The notes below the pieces were generated by a model. That model saw only the letters and a program-made list of their open reading frames with translations. It searched no databases and was not told the origin of the DNA. A DNA stretch of 64,000 nucleotides, taken from an uncultured Alphaproteobacteria bacterium (GTDB lineage Bacteria; Pseudomonadota; Alphaproteobacteria; Rhizobiales; Kaistiaceae). Shown one piece after another: positions 53,613 to 61,151 of the stretch. The stretch covers positions 28,221 to 92,220 of the forward strand of contig CAWHLM010000018.1 of the NCBI GenBank assembly GCA_963830215.1, in the 5' to 3' direction. The position numbers were made by a program, and so were the translations under genes. Position 1 is the first letter of the stretch; the number at the start of each line of letters is the position of its first letter.

Positions 53613-54770
53613 CTACTGGCAGCCGTTCTGGGCGTAGTCGAACAGCGTCTTGATCTTGTCGTCGAAATAGGGGCCGAAGAAGGTGCCGGGCTGCTTCGGA
53701 TTGGTGAAGGACAGCAGGCTGAACGCGCTCTGCAGCTGGCCCTTGTCATCCTTGAGCGCGGTCATCCAGGCAGATCCGCCGAGCATGTCCTTGACGTTGC
53801 CCTTGGGGGTCATCTGGATGATGCCTTTCTGGCCGGTGAGCTTGCCGGACGCTGCCACCACCTGGTCGCTGGTGCTGACATAACCGAACGGGCCAATCGT
53901 GTCGTAGTTCCACACAAGGCCCATCCAGCCGACCTGCAATTCCTCCGTCAGCAGGACCATGCCCATGTCGTAGGTCCACTTGTCTTCGCCGGGCTGGGCC
54001 CATCCCTTGAAGGTTGCCGAGCACTCGGAATCGAAGACCTTCTTCTTGCCTCCGGGAAGCTCCTGCACGAACTGGATGTTGGTGTAGTAGTCGCCCGACT
54101 TTTCGTCCTGCAGGCACTGGGCCGCGGTCATGACGACGTTCTTGGAAACAAACTGGGCCTCGCAGAAATAGTCGCCGTCGGGCGCGGTGAAGTAGAGCTT
54201 GCCGCCCCACATGGGGAGGTTGTCGGCGCTACCGCCGCCGCCGCCGCCAACACCGCCGCCGCCACCGCCACCACTGCCGCCACCGCCACCGCCGACGACA
54301 CCGCCGCCACCGGTCACGCCAGTGCCGCCGTCAGTGCCGCTGCCGGAGCCGCCGCCACCACCGCCAGTGCCGCCATCTCCCCCGCCGGTGCCGCCATCTC
54401 CACCACCGGAGCCACCGCCGACGCCCGTGCCGCCGTCACCACCACCGGAGCCACCGCCGACACCCGTGCCGCCGTCACCGCCACCGGAGCCGCCGATGAC
54501 GCCGCCTCCCATGGATCCCTTCATCACCCTGACGGGCATCTGCGCCCGCTGTTGCGGTCCGACGGCGGCGTCAACGGCCGCCGGGTCGACTTCCGGCAGC
54601 GCCTGAAGCGCCGCGGCCTTCAAAGCTGCCGGCGTCCAGTGCGGCGCGGCGCGCTGGCCGACCGGCACATGCATCGAACTCAAGGCATTCGGATCGGCGG
54701 CCCATGCCTGACCGATGTTCAAGCAGAGGACCGAGGCCGCGGCTGTCGCGGCAATGCGGATGCTGTTCAC
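53613..54770 (-). CDS. Secreted S1 (trypsin-like) peptidase homolog lacking catalytic His and Ser, with a ~95-aa Gly-rich insert (predicted pseudo-protease)
   Basis: ORF 53613..54884. Start placed at the GTG at 54770 (AAGGGGG upstream, signal peptide VNSIRIAATAAASVLCLNIGQAWA); the ATG at 54806 is the alternative. TAAQC replaces TAAHC, and MLGGSAW replaces GGSSGGAW. The C-terminal half is collinear with the 54995..55936 paralog. Confidence 0.75.
   Translation of the reverse strand: MNSIRIAATAAASVLCLNIGQAWAADPNALSSMHVPVGQRAAPHWTPAALKAAALQALPEVDPAAVDAAVGPQQRAQMPVRVMKGSMGGGVIGGSGGGDGGTGVGGGSGGGDGGTGVGGGSGGGDGGTGGGDGGTGGGGGGSGSGTDGGTGVTGGGGVVGGGGGGSGGGGGGGVGGGGGGSADNLPMWGGKLYFTAPDGDYFCEAQFVSKNVVMTAAQCLQDEKSGDYYTNIQFVQELPGGKKKVFDSECSATFKGWAQPGEDKWTYDMGMVLLTEELQVGWMGLVWNYDTIGPFGYVSTSDQVVAASGKLTGQKGIIQMTPKGNVKDMLGGSAWMTALKDDKGQLQSAFSLLSFTNPKQPGTFFGPYFDDKIKTLFDYAQNGCQ
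54401..54500 (-). repeat. 39-bp in-frame tandem repeat (~2.5 units) inside the Gly-rich coding tract (54228-54512)
   Basis: Units 54401-54439 and 54440-54478 differ at one position. They encode GGSGGGDGGTGVG. Confidence 0.85.
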
Positions 54771-54994
54771 TGTAACCCCCTTGGTTGCGGTCAATCTCGG
54801 TGACATCGATCGGCCTCTGCCGGCGGGCCTGTCGCTGCAGCGCCGGCGAGTGGACGATCGTTCCTTCCGGTTCGTTGCGATCATTCCAGTCCTGCATCAG
54901 TCCCTTGATGGGGACGGGCAGTCGTGTGCGACGTGAAGCACGCCCGCCTGTCCTTCCCGTTGCTGTCACGCTCCGCGCGCGGGGCGTCGCTACC

Positions 54995-55936
54995 CTATTT
55001 GCAGCCGTTGCTCACATAGTCGTAGAGCTGCTTCACGCGGTCGTCGAAATATGGGCCGTAGTCGACACCGGGCTTTCCTTCAAAGCCGAACGACTCGATG
55101 CTGATGATGTGGTTGTGGCTGGGATCGGTCTGGGTGTCGTAGTCGGCGATCCAGGCACCGCCGCTCGAGCCGCCCTGTTTATTGGGATCGCCGTGACGCA
55201 GCTCGACGATGCCGTCGGCGACCGAGATCGGTCCCGGCAGCACCTGGATCACCTCGCCCTGGGCGATGCCCACCGGGTAGCCGATCTTGGTCGCCGTGTT
55301 GTAAGCGCCCTGCCAGTCCCACTCGGTGCCGAACCAGCCGGTCTTGGAGTCTTCGTTGACCAGGATCATGGCGAAGTCGGACAGGTACTTGTCGTTGCCC
55401 TCCTGCACCCAGCCGTCGAAGGTGGCGACGCAGTTCTGGGTGTACTTGGCGCTGGCGCGGCCCTTGTCGTACTGCAGGAAGAAGGTGATGTTCTTCCAGA
55501 AGTCGCCGCTCTTGTCGTCGCGCACGCAGTGGGCCGCGGTCAGCAGCACGTTCTTGGAGATGAACTGCGCCGAGCACATGAAATCGCCGTCCGGCTTGGA
55601 GAAGAACATCTTGCCGGCGAAGACCAGCGGCATCGTGTTGACGTCGCCGGCGGCGCGCTCGTGCATCTTGGGCACCGCCCCCGCGACGACCTCGGAAGGC
55701 AGCGAGCCGGGGTTCTGCGCCGAGCGGCTGGCGCCCGGCGGAAGCTTGATCGTCGACGGGTCGACATTGGGTTTCGGCGTCTCAATGGCCGCCGACATGG
55801 CTTCGGGAGTCCAATGGTCGATGGCGCGCTCGCCGGGCGCGGAGCGCACCGAGCTGATCGTATCGGCCTGAGCGGCGGCTGCGCCAAAAATCATCAGAGA
55901 GGCCGCAGCAATCGCGGCCATGCGCACTGGAAACAC
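54995..55936 (-). CDS. Secreted trypsin-like serine peptidase (S1 family, V8/Glu-endopeptidase-like)
   Basis: ORF 54995..55936, GTG start 5 nt after AAGGAGG. Signal peptide ...FGAAAAQA. Catalytic contexts TAAHC, SDFAMILV and QGGSSGGAW. Confidence 0.8.
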   Translation of the reverse strand: MFPVRMAAIAAASLMIFGAAAAQADTISSVRSAPGERAIDHWTPEAMSAAIETPKPNVDPSTIKLPPGASRSAQNPGSLPSEVVAGAVPKMHERAAGDVNTMPLVFAGKMFFSKPDGDFMCSAQFISKNVLLTAAHCVRDDKSGDFWKNITFFLQYDKGRASAKYTQNCVATFDGWVQEGNDKYLSDFAMILVNEDSKTGWFGTEWDWQGAYNTATKIGYPVGIAQGEVIQVLPGPISVADGIVELRHGDPNKQGGSSGGAWIADYDTQTDPSHNHIISIESFGFEGKPGVDYGPYFDDRVKQLYDYVSNGCK

Positions 55937-56111
55937 AAGATCCTCCTTCTCGAGTCGCTTAGCGGTCGACTGGATTCAATGAAAAAGGAGCAATACAGGC
56001 GTGGGCTGAGATTGGCCTGTTTTTGCCGTTTGCACAACAATCAGCGGATCGATTCCGCGCCACCGCGGCAGCCGCGGCACGTGGCTTTCCGCCTGCGGTT
56101 ACTGGTGTTGT

Positions 56112-56351
56112 TCAGCCGGTGTCGCGAAGCCGGAGCTGCGCTATGCCATTCCCGTCCACACGGCGCATCGGCAGCGCGCTGGCGGCGGCCATGCGCGTCG
56201 CTGTCCAGTAGTCGGACACGCGTGCGCCGGTCCGAGCGGCATGCGTCGAGCCGATCACGGTATTGGGGGAAGCCGGGTTGCCGGCGGTCGCCAGCGCCGG
56301 GATCGTGACGATCGCGGCGGCGAGGCCCGAGAGAACGAGCAGGCGGTGCAT
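56112..56351 (-). CDS. Small secreted protein with one HWTPE-type motif (orphan protease N-terminal region or gene remnant)
   Basis: ORF 56112..56351, 79 aa. Signal peptide MHRLLVLSGLAAAIVTIPALA. Motif SDYWTATRMAAASALPM. Confidence 0.5.
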   Translation of the reverse strand: MHRLLVLSGLAAAIVTIPALATAGNPASPNTVIGSTHAARTGARVSDYWTATRMAAASALPMRRVDGNGIAQLRLRDTG

Positions 56352-56461
56352 TGCCTCTACCTTTCTGCCCCTGCCGTGACGCGATCACGCCGCGGCCCTG
56401 CAATTCCCTCTCCTTGCTGAATGTCTCCAGCGATCGTGGCGAATTGAAGGTGCACGCCTGC

Positions 56462-56502
56462 AAACGACGACGGCCGCCGCTCAAAAAGCGACGGCCGTCG
56501 TC
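56462..56502 (-). terminator. Hairpin downstream of mrcA (candidate terminator)
   Basis: GACGACGGCCG ... CGGCCGTCGTC, an 11-bp stem, followed on the minus strand by GTTTGC. Confidence 0.45.
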
Positions 56503-56524
56503 ACGTCGTCCGATTTGTTGACGG

Positions 56525-58996
56525 CTAGTAAAGCCCGCCGGTGCCCGAAATCACCGCCCGGTCGGATTCCGGCGCCACCGTCAGCGGCCGGCCCTGCGTA
56601 TCCGTGTAGCCGATGATCGAATAGGTGTCGGGCGGGCCGGTGCCCGGCTTGAAGGCTTCGAGGATGGTGCCCGGATCGCCCGGATTGGCGCGCAGGCCGG
56701 TTTGCTGGTTGATCGGGATGAAGGTCAGCCCCGGCGGCACGCGGAAGGGAACCGGCGGCTTGTCGGCGAGCGCCATCTTCATGAAGTCGGCAAAGATCGG
56801 CGCGGCAAGCACGCCGCCGGTCTCGCCCTTGCCGAGCGAGCTCGGCTTGTCGAAGCCGACATAGACGACGGCGACCAGATCGGGCGAGAAACCGGCAAAC
56901 CAGGCGTCGTGATAGTCGCTGGTGGTGCCGGTCTTGCCGGCGAGCGGCTTGCCGACGACTTTGACCGCCGTGCCGGTGCCGCGCCTGATGACGTCCTCCA
57001 TCATCGAGGTGATCTGGTAGGAGGTCATCGGGTCCAGCACCTGCGCGGCGTTGTCGACGATCTTGGGCTCCGGCTGGTTGTGCCAGCTATCGGCGTCGCA
57101 GCCCTCGCAGGTGCGGTTCTCGTGCTTGAAGATGGTCTGGCCGTAGCGGTTCTGGATGCGGTCGATCAGGGTCGGGCGCACTTCCTTGCCGCCGTTGTCG
57201 AACACCGAGTAGCCGGCGGCCATGCGCAGCACCGTGGTCTCGCCGGCGCCGAGCGCCATGGAGAGCACCGGCAGCATGTTGTCGTAGATGCCGAACCGGC
57301 GTGCGTATTCGGCGATCAGCGGCATGCCCATGTCCTGGGCCAGGCGCACGGTCATGACGTTGCGCGAATGCACGATGCCGGTCCTCAGCGTCGAGGGCCC
57401 GAGGAAGTTGCCCTCGTAGTTCTCTGGCTCCCACACGCCCTGGCCATTGCCCAGGTCGATGGACAGCGGTGCATCCATGATCACCGAGGAGGGCGTGTAG
57501 CCGTTGTCGAGCGCAGCGGAATAGACGAAGGGCTTGAAGGAGGAACCGGGCTGGCGTTCGGCCTGGGTGGCGCGGTTGAACTCGCTGAGGTCATAGGAGA
57601 AGCCACCGACCATGGCGAGCACGCGGCCGGTGTGCGGGTCCATCACGACGATGGCGCCCTCGACTTCCGGCACCTGGCGCAGTGTGTACTCGTCGGGGCC
57701 GCCGTCGGCCTTTTCGACATAGACAACGTCGCCGACCGACAGCACGTCGCCGGCGGTCTTCACCGCCTTGCCCTTCTTCGGGCCGGTCTGCCACTTGGCC
57801 CATTTCAGCTGATCGAACGGAATGGTGCCGGTCTCGCGGTCGGGAGCAACCTTGCCGGTGCCCGGCTCGAGACTCGGCTGCAGCCCGATCTTGGCGCCCG
57901 TGTCATCGACGGAGAGGACCACGGCGAGGCGCCATTCGATGACGTCGGCGAGCGCCTGTATCTTGGCGAGTTGGGGCCCCCAGTCCGACGCGAGGTTGTC
58001 GATATGTTCGACCGGACCGCGCCAGCCGTGATCCTCATCATATTTGACCAGGCCATTGACCAGCGCCTCGCGGGCCATCACCTGGATCTGCGGGTTGAGC
58101 GAGGTGCGCACCGACAGGCCGCCTTCGTACAGTGTCTTCTCGCCGTACATGTCGAGCAGTTCGCGGCGGACCTCCTCGACGAAATAGTCGGCGCCGAACA
58201 TAGCCGGCGTGGTGTCGTGGACGACAACGCCGAGGGGCTCCTTCTTCGCCGCCTCGCCCTCCTCCTTGGTGGCGTAGCCGTTCTCGACCATGCGGTCGAT
58301 CACCCAGTTGCGCCGCTCGACCGCGCGGTCGGGATGGCGGAACGGATTGTAGTTGTTGGGGCCCTTGGGCAGCGCCGCCAGATAGGCGGTCTCGGCGAGC
58401 GTCAGTTCATGCACCGACTTGTCGAAATAGGTGAGCGCCGCGGAAGCGACGCCGTAGGCGCCGAGGCCAAAATAGATCTCGTTGAGGTAGAGCTCGAGGA
58501 TCTTGTCCTTGGAATAGGCCTGCTCGATCCTCAGCGACAGCATCGCTTCCTTGATCTTGCGCTGGATCGTCTGATCGCTCGACAGGAGGAAGTTCTTGGC
58601 CACCTGCTGGGTGATGGTCGAGGCGCCGACCAGGGGACCGCCGCGGCCGTCGATCTTGTTCATGGCATTGGTCAGGACGGCGCGGATGATGCCGTAATAG
58701 TCGAGGCCGGAGTGCTCGTAGAAGTTCTTGTCCTCGGCCGAGATGAAGGCCGCCTTGACCCGGTCGGGGACCGCCTGGATGGGCAGGTAGAGGCGCCGCT
58801 CCGTGGCATATTCGGCAACCAGCTGGCCGTCGGCGGCATGCACGCGGGTCATCACCGGCGGCTCGTACTTGGCCAGCACGTCGTAATTGGGAAGGTCGGC
58901 CGTCAGCCCAGAGATGTACCAGGCTGCGGCCGCTGCAATGGCGAGAAAGAACACGGCGCCAATCCCAAATAGGTAGCCGAAGAATCGGAATATCAT
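56525..58996 (-). CDS. mrcA: Penicillin-binding protein 1A (bifunctional glycosyltransferase/transpeptidase)
   Basis: ORF 56525..58996, 823 aa. GT51 motifs (EDKNFYEH, GASTITQQ, RKIKE) and transpeptidase motifs (SSFKP, SRN, KTGT). Confidence 0.92.
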   Translation of the reverse strand: MIFRFFGYLFGIGAVFFLAIAAAAAWYISGLTADLPNYDVLAKYEPPVMTRVHAADGQLVAEYATERRLYLPIQAVPDRVKAAFISAEDKNFYEHSGLDYYGIIRAVLTNAMNKIDGRGGPLVGASTITQQVAKNFLLSSDQTIQRKIKEAMLSLRIEQAYSKDKILELYLNEIYFGLGAYGVASAALTYFDKSVHELTLAETAYLAALPKGPNNYNPFRHPDRAVERRNWVIDRMVENGYATKEEGEAAKKEPLGVVVHDTTPAMFGADYFVEEVRRELLDMYGEKTLYEGGLSVRTSLNPQIQVMAREALVNGLVKYDEDHGWRGPVEHIDNLASDWGPQLAKIQALADVIEWRLAVVLSVDDTGAKIGLQPSLEPGTGKVAPDRETGTIPFDQLKWAKWQTGPKKGKAVKTAGDVLSVGDVVYVEKADGGPDEYTLRQVPEVEGAIVVMDPHTGRVLAMVGGFSYDLSEFNRATQAERQPGSSFKPFVYSAALDNGYTPSSVIMDAPLSIDLGNGQGVWEPENYEGNFLGPSTLRTGIVHSRNVMTVRLAQDMGMPLIAEYARRFGIYDNMLPVLSMALGAGETTVLRMAAGYSVFDNGGKEVRPTLIDRIQNRYGQTIFKHENRTCEGCDADSWHNQPEPKIVDNAAQVLDPMTSYQITSMMEDVIRRGTGTAVKVVGKPLAGKTGTTSDYHDAWFAGFSPDLVAVVYVGFDKPSSLGKGETGGVLAAPIFADFMKMALADKPPVPFRVPPGLTFIPINQQTGLRANPGDPGTILEAFKPGTGPPDTYSIIGYTDTQGRPLTVAPESDRAVISGTGGLY

Positions 58997-59229
58997 AATC
59001 TGTCCACTGCCCGGCCGCTCAAGGGCGACGCGCCGGTCGCCGGCTGTGCAAAAGCCTCAATTCGATGGCCGCGGTCAAGGCTTTCCGTGCCCGCCGGTCT
59101 CTCCATCCTTGACGCTCCGTCGGCTGTCCCTCACCGCCTGTCTCGGCATTCTTTGTGGAGATTATGGGGCACGCGGGGTCATCTGCGATGTGCCGGCACC
59201 ATATCCGTGACCAATCCGCAACAGGTCGG

Positions 59230-60501
59230 TCAATTGCTGGCGCGGCCGGCCACGCGCGTGCGGAAATAGTCGTCGATCGCCTTGAGGATCGAGGCGGCGG
59301 TCTTGTCCTGCCAGGCTTCGGTGACCATCAGCTTGGCGTCGTTGGGGTTGGTCAGGTAGCCGAGTTCGATCAGCGCCGAGGGCACGTCGGGGGATTCCAG
59401 AACCTTGAAGGCCGCCTCCTGATGGGGAACCTTGAACAGGCGGGTCGACTTGCCGAGTTCCTTGATCAGGTTGCGGGCGAAGACCACGCCGAAATTGCGG
59501 GTTTCGCGGAGCGTCAGGTCGGCCAGGATGTCCTTCACGTCGTTCGAATCGGCGGCGTTGACGTCGACGCCGGCCAGGGCGTCCAATTCATTCTCGGTAT
59601 TGGCGAGGGCCGCCGCCATCTGGTCGGAGGCCTTGTCGGAGGCGGTGTAGACGATGGCACCGCGCACCGAACCGCCCGGAAACGAGTTGGCGTGGATGGA
59701 GACGAACAGGTCGGCGCTGTTGCGCCGCGCGATGGCCACGCGATCGCCGAGCGAGATGTAGGAATCGTCGTCGCGCGTATAGACCACACGGTAGCGACCG
59801 GTCGCCTCCAGCAACTGGCCGAGCGTCTTGCCGAAGGCCAGCGTCACGTCCTTTTCCAGCACGCCGCCGCCGCCGTGGGCGCCGGTGTCGATGCCGCCGT
59901 GGCCGGGGTCGATGACGACGACCGGCTTGTCGCCATGGTCGCCGGGGACAACCGCCGGCTCCTGGCTCGCCTCATCCGCGCCGCTGGCGATCTGCTGCTC
60001 CTTGTAGGCGCGGGTGGCGGCCAGGAACTTGTCGCCGGTCGTCGGCACGACGTCGATCACCAGCCGCGCCGGCTGGCCATCGGCGGGATCGACGACAAAG
60101 GTCTTGTCGATCAGCGCCGGGCCGGTCAGGTCCATGACGATGCGCGACTTGCCCGGAGAGATCAGTCCGTAACGGAAGGCCGAGATCAGCCCACGGCCGG
60201 TGGTGCCGGCCAGTTCGGGCAGCGCGAAGCGCACTTCGGGCAGGTCGACGACGATTCGGTCGGGGTCGGCGAGCGTGAATACTGTCGCCGTGACCTTCTT
60301 CGACAGGTCGGCGACGAAGCGCACCCGATTGGCGTCGCCGACGATGCGGGCGCCCAGCATCACCGGGCCGTCGGAGGCCGCCGGCATCTGAATGGCATCC
60401 TCGGCGTGCGCCATCGCCGCCGTGAGGGCTACCAAAATGGCCGCTATGAGGGCCGTCAGCCCGGCGGTGAAACCGTGCCGGGCGGCGGTTGCAGCTGTCA
60501 T
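59230..60501 (-). CDS. amiC: N-acetylmuramoyl-L-alanine amidase with AMIN domain (AmiC-like)
   Basis: Part of ORF 59230..61158, from the ATG at 60501 (GGAGG 8 nt upstream); the ATG at 60540 is the alternative. AMIN-like N-terminal region and amidase_3 motifs (IDPGHGG, SIHAN). Confidence 0.85.
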   Translation of the reverse strand: MTAATAARHGFTAGLTALIAAILVALTAAMAHAEDAIQMPAASDGPVMLGARIVGDANRVRFVADLSKKVTATVFTLADPDRIVVDLPEVRFALPELAGTTGRGLISAFRYGLISPGKSRIVMDLTGPALIDKTFVVDPADGQPARLVIDVVPTTGDKFLAATRAYKEQQIASGADEASQEPAVVPGDHGDKPVVVIDPGHGGIDTGAHGGGGVLEKDVTLAFGKTLGQLLEATGRYRVVYTRDDDSYISLGDRVAIARRNSADLFVSIHANSFPGGSVRGAIVYTASDKASDQMAAALANTENELDALAGVDVNAADSNDVKDILADLTLRETRNFGVVFARNLIKELGKSTRLFKVPHQEAAFKVLESPDVPSALIELGYLTNPNDAKLMVTEAWQDKTAASILKAIDDYFRTRVAGRASN

Positions 60502-61151
60502 CAGGCTCGCCTCCGGGCGCCGGCCCCCGGTGCCGGGCATCCGCGTTTCCTTGTTCCTCATAAAGCATGGCGAGCCAATGGTTAACCGCAACTTGCAAAA
60601 ATGCGCCCAGCCACCCAACTCATCGCCATCCTTGCCAAGACTCGTTTGCATGCATACAACAGAAGATACGGAATTCATTCTCCGTCCGCGGTACCGCGGC
60701 AGGCGACCGCTGGTCGATCTGGCGGATTCCTTTGGCAATCCGAATAGATCGGCCTCCTCGGTTGGAGCCCTAGGCGGGCGGCGGCGGAGAATGTACCGGA
60801 CAAGGGCTCGATTGATGCGCTCCTCAACGTCAAGCGCGATCACTTGCCCGATATCCGCGATCCGGACAGCCCGGCGCCTGCGGCGTGACGGCCGCGGTGG
60901 CGTCGGATGTCTTTGTAATGATTCCGCTCGTAGAACTGTAAAAAGGTAACGGCGCACTTCATGCCCCTGGCAAGACCGCTTCACCAGCCGACACCCGTCC
61001 CGGCCCTCGCCGGCGGGGCTCTGTCGCAAGCGGCAGCCAGCAAGCGCGCCCCGATCACACCCAGACAAGCCGGTCCCTCCCCGGCCGCAACGGCATGGGC
61101 GCCAAGCGCCCGCCGGCGGCCCGGCGGGCGCGACCGCGGAGAGTTCAATCC
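60502..61151 (+). promoter_or_regulatory. rne: Long divergent intergenic region containing the rne promoter and a probable long structured 5' leader
   Basis: About 650 nt without a credible ORF, locally lower in GC, directly upstream of rne. Long autoregulatory rne leaders are established in E. coli. Confidence 0.5.

Noticed and set aside
54228-54512. Possible CRISPR-like or satellite repeat
   Set aside because: The repeats are contiguous with no spacers, are in frame, and lie inside a coding sequence. There are no cas genes anywhere in the window.
54199-54606. 135-aa proline-rich ORF (PPPPPPTPPPPPPPLPPPPPP...) on the plus strand
   Set aside because: It is the antisense shadow of the Gly-rich (GGN-codon) tract of the pseudo-peptidase gene. 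It has no SD or start context, and the sense strand has clear homology on both sides.
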